This document shows positions 17,927-26,566 of a DNA stretch of 63,483 nt, piece after piece. Every line of letters starts with the position of its first letter. Position 1 is the first letter of the stretch. Origin of the DNA: a candidate division WOR-3 bacterium (GTDB taxonomy: Bacteria; Hydrothermota; Hydrothermia; WGAB01); assembly GCA_027069855.1 (NCBI GenBank), contig JALXEF010000069.1:1-63483 (forward strand). Direction: 5' to 3'. The position numbers were made by a program, and so were the translations under genes. Below the pieces are notes generated by a model that saw only the letters and a list, made by a program, of their open reading frames with translations, searched no databases and was not told the DNA's origin.

Positions 17927-18910
17927 TCAACGACCCAGATGAAAGGTCAAACCTACCCGATAAACATCAGGCAGTTGACCCATGTCATTAAAGGAGAAAT
18001 CAAAACGAAGATTGGAAGTATTGAGTCCGACGCCAAATCCAAAACCGCCCTCGTCTTTGTTGAAGGAATATCCCGTTCGCAACGCAAGAATAGGCAATGG
18101 AAGATACTCTATTCCAACGGCAAAGGTTTCTTCGTTATCTCGAGGGTTGCTCGCTTCACCAGCCACTGTCAACCGCGTCCCGTCATCCCTTTGAAACACC
18201 TCCATCGCAACTCCCAGGTGAAAGGTCAGAGGGAGGGGATAGGAACGATAGTCCCGAGGCTCGGTCACGATCTGACTGCCCTGGCTGATCCAGAGATCAT
18301 ACTGTCCCCGAGGCGTCGCGTCGGCTCCCAGATTCTGCAAGGACATGGCTACACGCAAGCTCTTGAAACCGGTGTAGAAGTAAGTTCCTGCGTCCAACGC
18401 AACAGTAGTTGCGCTCGTCACATCACCGTAGTTCTCTTGAACGACTTTTAAACTGACGCCGGTTGCAAACTTATCCGTATAGAATCGAGCAAAGCTAAGG
18501 CCTACTTGAACGGCTGAATAGGCGAAGGTTCCAGTCTCTACGATATTGTTGTTTTCATCAAAGGCCATCCCCTCAAATCCGCCCATGTAAATGCCGCTAC
18601 TGAACACCGCCAGTACACCGTAGGGGGATTTTGGGAAAGCATACACTACCGCGGGAAGATGTCCGTCGGCAATCCAGTGGGTATAGGAGGAGAAGAACGC
18701 AGCTCCCTTTAAGTGGGCGATACCTGCCGGGTTCCAGAATACGGAGGAGGCATCATTTGCCACCGCCGTGAAAGCCTCCCCCAGTCCCATGGCCCGAGGA
18801 ACCACCCCGATGGAAAGGAACTTTGCCCCAGCGGTTCCAACTTTCACCTGGCCATAGGCGGGGGCCAGCAAACCAAAGAAAGCAACCAGTATCAAAAAGC
18901 GCTTGAGCAT
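17927..18910 (-). CDS. PorV/PorQ-family outer-membrane beta-barrel protein
   Basis: ATG 18910 follows GGAGG. Signal peptide MLKRFLILVAFFGLLAPAYG. The N-terminal signature is GAKFLSIGVVPRAMGLGEAFTAVANDASSVFWNPAGIA. The rest has alternating beta-strand character and ends in aromatic-rich strands. Confidence 0.65.
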   Translation of the reverse strand: MLKRFLILVAFFGLLAPAYGQVKVGTAGAKFLSIGVVPRAMGLGEAFTAVANDASSVFWNPAGIAHLKGAAFFSSYTHWIADGHLPAVVYAFPKSPYGVLAVFSSGIYMGGFEGMAFDENNNIVETGTFAYSAVQVGLSFARFYTDKFATGVSLKVVQENYGDVTSATTVALDAGTYFYTGFKSLRVAMSLQNLGADATPRGQYDLWISQGSQIVTEPRDYRSYPLPLTFHLGVAMEVFQRDDGTRLTVAGEASNPRDNEETFAVGIEYLPLPILALRTGYSFNKDEGGFGFGVGLNTSNLRFDFSFNDMGQLPDVYRVGLTFHLGR

Positions 18911-18924
18911 TTTAAGCCTCCTGT

Positions 18925-21000
18925 TCACTTTAGGATCATGAGTTTTCCAATTTTGTATTTTCCATCTGGAGTTTCAACTTTGTAGATGTATACTCCACTC
19001 ACTACCTTTTGTCCAGAGCGTGAAAGAAGATTCCAGGACTCGGACCCTGTAGGTGAACTGTGGATAATCTCCTTCACTAAGTCACCGCTAAGAGTGTAAA
19101 TCCGGATACGGGCCTGGGGCGGCAGGTTGATGAATTCCACCTTGTCGGCAATTTCCGTTGCCGTCCAGGGAGCAGAACCGTTATAGGGATTGGGTACCAC
19201 CTTCACTTGGTCCAGAGAGCTTCCAGGAGTAGTGGTCATAGTAAGAGCAAGAGGGTTCCCCTCGGCATCCTTCATATAATTGCTCTTCGGGCTTTCCAGG
19301 GAATCCTCGTCGTAGGCCACCACCACATAGTAGTACGGGAACCCCGGCGAAGCTGTAGAGTCCACAAATTCATGGGGGAAATTGCCGGTATTGGGATCAC
19401 GACTGAAGTCGGCCAGCATCACCCAGTTGGAGGGGGCAAAGGTGGCCCGATACACGCGGTAGCCAATTACGTCCACCACGCCCTTGATGGGATCAGGTGT
19501 ACGCTCGGCGTAGTCGTCCCATACCAGGGCAATACCCTGACCTGTCGCCGTGTAGCGAAGCCCCGGAGCTACAGGAGGCACCGGAATCTGCCAGTGCTTA
19601 TCCCGATCCGGAGGGGAAGGATGGACCGGGTCGCTTTCGGTGGCACCCGAATAGTAGGCCTTCAGGGCCCACTCCAGGGTCTGGCGGAGTCCGCGAACCC
19701 ATCCTCGGCCCCAGAAGTTGTCCTCGGAACCGTTGAGGCCGTTCCCTACACCCACAACCCAAACGAACTTCAGGGTATCGCCGGGCCTCAGTGTATAAGG
19801 GCCTACGGTAGAGAGGAAACGGTAGTCAAACTCCGCAGCACCCAGGTCATAGGGATGGGGTGCATACCGATACCCCTGGGTCGCCGGGTGCCTGCCAGCC
19901 AGGTAAGCGTAGATGTCTTCATCGGTGGCCGGGTCACTTTCCCAGTTCCACCACTGGTGCGACCAGGGACGGATGATCCGAACGGTATCTCCGTTCACCA
20001 CCCAGATGGAATCCGAGGGGGACGGCGGAGCGTAGAGCCAGGCTCCTCCAATAAACCCTGCACACGCCATATCCTCTCCCCGGTCATCCCCCGGTACCGC
20101 CGGGTTGTCCCCGTCGAAGATGTAAGAGATTCCACGAGGGATCAGGTACCCATGGATGGTGGTATCCCGCCAGGGAATATCCCACGCCGCATCAGGATCC
20201 ACGATCTGCTCAAAGTCCGGTTCATCGCCCCAGATCAGGTACTGATCATAGACCCCATCGGGCTCATAGATCACACTGTCAGGCAACACGGTCACCGAAT
20301 CCACAGGAGACTGATGCAGGAAGTCGGGGTCTTGCCATTCTCCAGCTGTCCATCCGTCGAACATCACCAGGTCGTCGATGTGGGGGTCCGACTGGTCATA
20401 CCCACAAACATCGGCGTCGTACCACATGCCCAAGAACAGGCTGTCCAGCTGGGCCGGGGGCGAGGAGCCGATGTCACACTGGTTCGGATCGTAGGTAATG
20501 TAGAACTCGTGGGCAATGAAGTCGTTATACGGCTCGTGGGGCCAGGCCAGGGTGTGGATGATGACCTTGATACCTGTGTGCCGGCCAGGTGAATTCTTGG
20601 GATTGGTCTTATAGTCATCTAGAGCTGTGATGACATCCCAGGCAGAGTTCCGAGGCCCCACAAAAGTTGGAGGATCAGTAGCTGGCTCCCATTCCCCATT
20701 GGGATAGTTATGGGCCGTGACATAGTAATTGTCACCGACCTTCACGCCGATGGTGAAATAACTTCCCCAGAGGTAGTAGTTGTGGGGGCCACCGCCGGGC
20801 CAGTCGTACCCGTAGGTACCGGCGTTAAAGTCACCCCCTAAGCTCCCGTAGTTGGAAATGAAGTTCCAGACCTCCCCCACCGTGATGTTGAAATTCTGTT
20901 CATCCACTGCCTTCGGAGATGGGGGAGGTGCCTGATAACTGTTGGCGGCGAACAACCATCCACCCACCATCAAACTCAGGAAAAGGGCCTTGTTCATCAT
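18925..21000 (-). CDS. Secreted protein of unknown function with T9SS-type CTD
   Basis: ATG 21000 lies 6 nt after AAAGGAGG. Signal peptide MMNKALFLSLMVGGWLFA. C-terminus is GVYIYKVETPDGKYKIGKLMILK. I recognise no catalytic motif. Confidence 0.8.
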   Translation of the reverse strand: MMNKALFLSLMVGGWLFAANSYQAPPPSPKAVDEQNFNITVGEVWNFISNYGSLGGDFNAGTYGYDWPGGGPHNYYLWGSYFTIGVKVGDNYYVTAHNYPNGEWEPATDPPTFVGPRNSAWDVITALDDYKTNPKNSPGRHTGIKVIIHTLAWPHEPYNDFIAHEFYITYDPNQCDIGSSPPAQLDSLFLGMWYDADVCGYDQSDPHIDDLVMFDGWTAGEWQDPDFLHQSPVDSVTVLPDSVIYEPDGVYDQYLIWGDEPDFEQIVDPDAAWDIPWRDTTIHGYLIPRGISYIFDGDNPAVPGDDRGEDMACAGFIGGAWLYAPPSPSDSIWVVNGDTVRIIRPWSHQWWNWESDPATDEDIYAYLAGRHPATQGYRYAPHPYDLGAAEFDYRFLSTVGPYTLRPGDTLKFVWVVGVGNGLNGSEDNFWGRGWVRGLRQTLEWALKAYYSGATESDPVHPSPPDRDKHWQIPVPPVAPGLRYTATGQGIALVWDDYAERTPDPIKGVVDVIGYRVYRATFAPSNWVMLADFSRDPNTGNFPHEFVDSTASPGFPYYYVVVAYDEDSLESPKSNYMKDAEGNPLALTMTTTPGSSLDQVKVVPNPYNGSAPWTATEIADKVEFINLPPQARIRIYTLSGDLVKEIIHSSPTGSESWNLLSRSGQKVVSGVYIYKVETPDGKYKIGKLMILK

Positions 21001-21012
21001 TGCCAACCTCCT

Positions 21013-24000
21013 TTAAAACCCGGACAGGTTGAATTCAAGCCCAACCCGTGTGGTCCGGCGAGGATAGTACACCGTCAGGTTGCCCACTTCGCCCTCGGGG
21101 TTGTTGAACTGGACATACCAGTCCACATTGTCGAATCCCGAAAGGTCCTTGCGATTGAATAGGTTGTGAACGTCCACAAAGAACCGAAGGTTGCCCTTTC
21201 CGAAACGGAGATTCTTATAAAAGCGCATATCGGTGTTCTGATGACTTGGGAGTCGCTCTGCGTTGATCTTTTCCACCGCTTCCCGAGGGGTCCGGATCGG
21301 AGGGGTATAAGGATAACCGCTGCCATACGAATGCTGGAAGGAAAGTCCAAGGTCATCCAAGAACCTTACACCCCACAGAGGCTTCCCCTTGGGTACGGTG
21401 ATCCCAAAGGTCAGCAACACCGTATGCCGCTGATCCCAGTCCAGAGGAGACTCCGAGGAGGGCAGAGGGTACCCCCGCCAGAGCCAGTTGTAGGCATTGA
21501 AGGGTGAGGAGAAGGATCCAAAGGCATACTGGAGCGTATAGTCAACAGAGAAGTGGAAGAAGGGTAGGAAGGCACCGCCAGGACGCTTGGTGAAGTTGAA
21601 TTCGATGCCCCGCACCGAACCCCAGTCTTCGTTCACATAAGTAGAGTAGTTGGCACCGCTAACACCATAGGTAAACTGCTTCAGACGAGACCAGTCCTTG
21701 ATGTCCTTATAGAAGGCTGTGATGTCCAGGATCAGGTCGTTAGTGAAGGCGTGTTTCAAACCGACCTCGTAGGAGATGGTCTTCTCGGGATCGATATCCG
21801 CGTTGCCCACGATAGGGAAGGCACCCGAGAACACATAGTTGCTCAGGATCTGATAGAACGGCGGGATCTGGAAGTAGTGACCGTAAGTAAAGTGCAGCAC
21901 ATCCCGGTCCGAAATGGGGTGGGACACGCCGATCCGCGGGCTGACGTACCAGTGATTCGGGGCCTTCTTCGGGTCTTTGATCATCCGGATTGTGTTCCAC
22001 ACAGAATCATGGGTGAAGGGATCCGACGCATCACTAATGGTGTACCCGCCAGGGTTGTAGTAATCGAGCCGCAACCCGACCTTCGCAACCATACCCTCAA
22101 TCTCGATCTTATCTCGCGCGTAGGCGGCAAAGATCCAAGGTTTCGCGGGGTGATCCTGGAACCAAGAAATGAAGTTGTAGGGATCGCCGGGACGATGGGT
22201 CAGATTCGGGTTGAGGAGGGTCAAATACACATTACCACCGGAGGCATAGTCTGCACCGTACCGAGTGATATCGATCCGCTTAAACTCCACTCCAGCCAGA
22301 ATCTCGTGATGGCGTGTCACCTGACTGGTGAGCTTCCAGCTACCCGTCAGGAAACGGCTATGTCCATAGTACCATTGGCTACGTGCCCATGTGTGTGTAT
22401 TTGGGAGATACTGGTTCCCCAGTTTCAACAGGGTATCCACAATAGCCACTACGCTGTCCATGAATACCCGATCTTCCAGGGGCCACTGGAATGGAAATTC
22501 GTAGAACCGATTGGAGATGAAGATTACGGTGTCCATATAAGTGTTGCCTGTTTCGTAACTGTACGCATTAATCAGAAGAACAGCCATATCCACGTTGGTC
22601 CGCTGACCCCATCCCTCGGTGTTCAGCAGGAATTCGTCGGTGAACACGGTGTCCCGGGTGATCGGGTCCACAACAACCACGGTCTTCTTATTAGGCCACC
22701 AGCGCGGTCCGGACCCGAAGGCCGGGTACAAGGTTTGCACAGGAATATCCCACCAGTAGTAGGGAACCTCTACATACCCCTCGTCCTCGTGGATTTCCGG
22801 CCGAAGCGTGTCACCGCCAGGGGACACATAGGTGTACAGGGAATCAATGTTCACCCAATCCCAATGGATGCGCACGGAGTCGATATGACCATAGGAGCGG
22901 AAGGTATCGATTACCATGCGGCGGAAATAGTCCAGGTCTATCTCTACAAAGCCGTCCAGGTCACGGTCCGAGAAATCGTCCACGCCGTCAAAATCCACAT
23001 CTTCCTTCACATCGCTCTTAATCTCACGGTCAAACAGACCCAGGCGAAGCTCCCAGTAGGTCCGAGGAGAAACCACCTGGTTCACCCCCAGGATGAACTG
23101 GAGCTGCCGATCGCTGCTACCTGCATCGTGATCCAAAGCAAAGCGCCACGCGGGCGAGTACCCGCGGCTATAGGCACGAACAAAGAACCCACTGGTGAAG
23201 AACTTCCAGGATGACAGGGGATAGGAAAACTTCCATTGGAAATTCTCACGCCAATTCTTAAAGTCGGGATCCATAGAAACCGGGAAACGGCCTCGGTTCT
23301 GGGAAAACTCACCGGACACAAAGAACTTAGCACCCTTACGATTATTGGGGAACAAAGGACCACCAAAACTAAAGGCAGTTCTCCGATCTTTGCTATGGTG
23401 CCTTCCAGTGGGATCATTGAGATCTAAGTTGCGTCCCGTGATGTAGTCGTAGTACACATCCCCGTAATTCGCATCCAAAAAACCATAAACCTTATCTCCC
23501 AGGAAAGAAAGGTCCGAGGTCAGAAATTGAGAAGTAATCTCGTAACGAGGTCCTCCCTCTTTGGTCACGACATTAATGGCTCCAGAGGAAACCGTTCCTT
23601 GATCTACATCAAATCCACCTTTGGAAATGGAGGTTTCCTCCATGGACAGCAGCGGAATTCCTGCAAAGGTCGCGTTGGAATACGGATCCCGGACTTCCAC
23701 ACCGTCCACCACATACACCACCTCGTCGGGACGGCCGCCGCGGATGTGCAGGCCACCGCGGGCAATCACACCGGCCTGCTGGGTCACCACCTGGGCCACA
23801 TCGGTTACGGGCAGGGAGGCTACTTCTTCGCTCTTCACGATGTCCACGCTGGCGGTCAGGTCCTTTTTGATCACGGGCTCCTTGGCGGTCACCTCCACGA
23901 CTTCGGTCACGATGGTGGCCGGGGACAGGGCGAAGTTAACCTCGGTGGTACGGTCCGCATCCACCCGCACGTTCTCCACACGCATGGTCTGGTAACTCAC

Positions 24001-24240
24001 ATAGGAGCAGGTGAGGGTGTAGGTTCCCGGGGGCACATTGAGGATCACATAGTAGCCGTCCACATCGCTGGCGGCCCCCATGGTGGTTCCTTCTATTACG
24101 ATGTTAGCGCCGGGCAGGGGATCGCCGGTCTCCTTATCGGTAACCCGACCGACGATCTTACCGGTGGTTCCGGCGAACAGTGCCTGGCCTGCAATCAAAA
24201 CGATTGCGGCCAATGCAGCCCACTTGCGAACAACGCCCAT
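21013..24240 (-). CDS. TonB-dependent receptor with N-terminal carboxypeptidase-regulatory-like domain (SusC/RagA-like architecture)
   Basis: 1075 aa. After the signal peptide comes GKIVGRVTDKETGDPLPGANIVIEGT...DGYYVILNVPPGTYTL (CarboxypepD_reg), then a plug region, a long beta-barrel and a terminal aromatic residue (...EFNLSGF). Confidence 0.9.
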   Translation of the reverse strand: MGVVRKWAALAAIVLIAGQALFAGTTGKIVGRVTDKETGDPLPGANIVIEGTTMGAASDVDGYYVILNVPPGTYTLTCSYVSYQTMRVENVRVDADRTTEVNFALSPATIVTEVVEVTAKEPVIKKDLTASVDIVKSEEVASLPVTDVAQVVTQQAGVIARGGLHIRGGRPDEVVYVVDGVEVRDPYSNATFAGIPLLSMEETSISKGGFDVDQGTVSSGAINVVTKEGGPRYEITSQFLTSDLSFLGDKVYGFLDANYGDVYYDYITGRNLDLNDPTGRHHSKDRRTAFSFGGPLFPNNRKGAKFFVSGEFSQNRGRFPVSMDPDFKNWRENFQWKFSYPLSSWKFFTSGFFVRAYSRGYSPAWRFALDHDAGSSDRQLQFILGVNQVVSPRTYWELRLGLFDREIKSDVKEDVDFDGVDDFSDRDLDGFVEIDLDYFRRMVIDTFRSYGHIDSVRIHWDWVNIDSLYTYVSPGGDTLRPEIHEDEGYVEVPYYWWDIPVQTLYPAFGSGPRWWPNKKTVVVVDPITRDTVFTDEFLLNTEGWGQRTNVDMAVLLINAYSYETGNTYMDTVIFISNRFYEFPFQWPLEDRVFMDSVVAIVDTLLKLGNQYLPNTHTWARSQWYYGHSRFLTGSWKLTSQVTRHHEILAGVEFKRIDITRYGADYASGGNVYLTLLNPNLTHRPGDPYNFISWFQDHPAKPWIFAAYARDKIEIEGMVAKVGLRLDYYNPGGYTISDASDPFTHDSVWNTIRMIKDPKKAPNHWYVSPRIGVSHPISDRDVLHFTYGHYFQIPPFYQILSNYVFSGAFPIVGNADIDPEKTISYEVGLKHAFTNDLILDITAFYKDIKDWSRLKQFTYGVSGANYSTYVNEDWGSVRGIEFNFTKRPGGAFLPFFHFSVDYTLQYAFGSFSSPFNAYNWLWRGYPLPSSESPLDWDQRHTVLLTFGITVPKGKPLWGVRFLDDLGLSFQHSYGSGYPYTPPIRTPREAVEKINAERLPSHQNTDMRFYKNLRFGKGNLRFFVDVHNLFNRKDLSGFDNVDWYVQFNNPEGEVGNLTVYYPRRTTRVGLEFNLSGF

Positions 24241-24278
24241 AGCCGAAAACCTCCTTTTTTACAATGACATCGGCCCAC

Positions 24279-24941
24279 TCAGTGTGTCAGCCTGAAGCGG
24301 AAGGGGATGGCCACCCACACCTTTACCGGGCGGTCTCGCTGCATCCCCGGAGAAAAAACAAACTGACGCGCGGCCTTCAGGGCCGGCTCGTTGAAGATCT
24401 CGTTGGTACTCCTCAGGATCTTGGCGTCGATCACATGGCCGGTTTCATCCACCAGGACCTTCACAAAGACCTGGCCTTCGATCCCGGCCTTCTTCGCCAG
24501 TTCAGGATATTCGGGCTCAACCCGTTTGATGATCTTCGGCTTGACCTCTACCGCGTAGAACTCATAGGTGGTATCCACCTTGGGGGGCGGGGGAACTTCC
24601 AGTTCGTTAAATTCCGTCGTGGGCGTGAATTCGATTTCCTCCTCTTCCTCTTCCTCGGCTTCGTCGGAGGTTTCCTCCACCTGAACCGGCAACTTGGGCT
24701 TGGGAGGCGGCGGCGGTTCTTCGTATTCTTCCAGTTGCTCGGGGATTTCCTCCACCAGCGTGGCGACCTCGGACCGGGGCTTGTAGGGCTTGACCTCCAG
24801 GGTTTTGACCGTGAGGAACATCAGGATAAACAAAACCAGCGTAATGGTGGTCGCCACCTGGATATAAAGAGGATACCGATCCGCCAGTTCCTCAGACTTC
24901 ACAAACTTCTTTTCCCGCTTTTCCTGTCCTTCGGCACCCAT
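24279..24941 (-). CDS. tonB: TonB family energy transducer
   Basis: N-terminal TM helix, E/P-rich linker (EEYEEPPPPPKPKLP, EEEEEEEIE) and a TonB C-terminal domain (EPEYPELAKKAGIEGQVFVKVLVDETGHV). Confidence 0.85.
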   Translation of the reverse strand: MGAEGQEKREKKFVKSEELADRYPLYIQVATTITLVLFILMFLTVKTLEVKPYKPRSEVATLVEEIPEQLEEYEEPPPPPKPKLPVQVEETSDEAEEEEEEEIEFTPTTEFNELEVPPPPKVDTTYEFYAVEVKPKIIKRVEPEYPELAKKAGIEGQVFVKVLVDETGHVIDAKILRSTNEIFNEPALKAARQFVFSPGMQRDRPVKVWVAIPFRFRLTH

Positions 24942-24975
24942 GATTTTCTAATATACTCCGGGCTTTTTCATGTCG

Positions 24976-25395
24976 TCAACCCCGTTTCTGTCGCTTGTAC
25001 TCGGTCGCGAACACCACCCGGAACGCCTGGGCATCGCGCAGCGCGTCAATCACTTCCCACACCGGGCCGTAATCGGCGTCCTTGTCGGCCTTGATCTGGG
25101 CAATCGTCGCAGGGTTCTGGGCCAGTTTGATCTTGAAGGCGATTTTGACCTGCTCCGGCGACACCAGGTTGTCATCCACCGAGATCTTGCCGTCGCGGCT
25201 GATATAGATGTTCGCCAGATCCCGGCTCTTCAGAATGCGCTCGGTGGTTTCAGCCTGGGGCAGCACCACCTTCAACCCGATCTCCTTGCGGAACACCGTG
25301 GTCAGCATGAAGAAGATGATCAAGAGAAAGGCGATGTCGGACATGGAGGCCGTGGGGATCATGAGCTTGGCTCGTTCCTTCCGCTTGAGTTTCAT
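24976..25395 (-). CDS. exbD: ExbD/TolR biopolymer transport protein
   Basis: 139 aa with the ExbD-type N-terminus IPTASMSDIAFLLIIFFMLT. Confidence 0.85.
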   Translation of the reverse strand: MKLKRKERAKLMIPTASMSDIAFLLIIFFMLTTVFRKEIGLKVVLPQAETTERILKSRDLANIYISRDGKISVDDNLVSPEQVKIAFKIKLAQNPATIAQIKADKDADYGPVWEVIDALRDAQAFRVVFATEYKRQKRG

Positions 25396-25397
25396 CG

Positions 25398-25826
25398 CTA
25401 TGCGCCCCCCTCTGGTTTGATGACCGACAGGGCCAGACGGGTGACCTTCATCTTCTTGAGCCGGTCAAACACCTCAATCATCTTGTGGTAGGGTGCGTGG
25501 ACATGGGGCTTCAGGAGCACCACCATCTTGGGGTTCTCTTGCAGTTTCTGTTCCACCACGGTCTGCATCTCGTCCAGGGTGTTCACCTTCTGGTCGCCCA
25601 CGAAGATTTCTCCCTGGTCGTTGATGGAGATCTTGAGGAGGTTCTTGCTGGTGAGTTTGACCACCTGCTGGGTCTTTTCCGGAAGCACCAACTTGAGGCC
25701 CTTATCGCGGGCAAAGATGCTCGTGGTCATGAAGAAGATGATGAGGAGGAACGCGATGTCCGCCATGGACGCGGTGGGGATCTCCACCTCGTCCTCGGTT
25801 CTCCGTTGCCTCTTGAACAGGGCCAT
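25398..25826 (-). CDS. exbD: ExbD/TolR biopolymer transport protein (second copy)
   Basis: 142 aa with IPTASMADIAFLLIIFFMTT. Confidence 0.85.
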   Translation of the reverse strand: MALFKRQRRTEDEVEIPTASMADIAFLLIIFFMTTSIFARDKGLKLVLPEKTQQVVKLTSKNLLKISINDQGEIFVGDQKVNTLDEMQTVVEQKLQENPKMVVLLKPHVHAPYHKMIEVFDRLKKMKVTRLALSVIKPEGGA

Positions 25827-25829
25827 GGT

Positions 25830-26465
25830 TTACACGGTTTCCTTGATGTATCCCTCTTCCAGGAGGTATTCCAGGAGCATGTTGGAGGCCTCTTCCATAT
25901 CCCGGGTGTAGCCGTTGATCTTGGAAGAGAACATGGCATAGAAGATGGCCACCGGCGCGGCGATCAACAAACCGGTGGCGGTGGTAATCAAGGCTTCCGA
26001 AATCCCGGAGGCCACCAGGGTAGGTTCCACCTCGCCGGCCAGCGCAATGGCCTGGAAGGCCTTAATCATTCCGGTGACGGTACCCAGGAACCCCAGGATC
26101 GGGGCCACGGTGGCCGACGCCGAGAGGTAAATCATGCCACGATCCAGAAAGGCCAGTTCCGTGGACGCCTTCAAAGCCATGGCCTCCTCTACCACAGCCC
26201 GCCCCCGGTCTACCTTGGCCAGCCCTGCGAGCAGCACCTTGGCCACCGGACTCTTATGCTTGGCCAGGAACTCCAGGGCACTGTCCATGGACTCGTTGGT
26301 GATGAGGTCGATCACCTTTTCCACAAGCTTCACCGGGCTGGTGCGCGCCTTGATGTAGAGGGTAAAGAGCCGCTCGAGGATGATGATGGTCGCCAGGATC
26401 GCCACGGCCAGGAGCAACCACATCATGCCGCCGCCCTTCTGGAAGTACTCAACGAGACCTTGCAT
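25830..26465 (-). CDS. exbB: MotA/TolQ/ExbB proton channel protein
   Basis: ATG 26465 follows AAGGAGG. Three TM helices and the conserved C-terminal motif GISEALITTATGLLIAAP. Confidence 0.85.
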   Translation of the reverse strand: MQGLVEYFQKGGGMMWLLLAVAILATIIILERLFTLYIKARTSPVKLVEKVIDLITNESMDSALEFLAKHKSPVAKVLLAGLAKVDRGRAVVEEAMALKASTELAFLDRGMIYLSASATVAPILGFLGTVTGMIKAFQAIALAGEVEPTLVASGISEALITTATGLLIAAPVAIFYAMFSSKINGYTRDMEEASNMLLEYLLEEGYIKETV

Positions 26466-26566
26466 CCTACAAACCTCCTTGTGGTTTTTGGGCGATTTTA
26501 ACACCCTGCCCAGGGCAAGTCAAGAAATGCCCAGGGACATTTTTGCCCGCTCCCTCAAGGCCTGGC

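Noticed and set aside
24600-24720. GAG/GAA/CCG-rich tandem-looking stretch
   Set aside because: It is the coding sequence for the Glu/Pro-rich linker of TonB (EEEEEEEIE, PPPPPKPKLP), and is neither a CRISPR array nor a noncoding repeat. No CRISPR-like repeat-spacer array was seen anywhere in the window.
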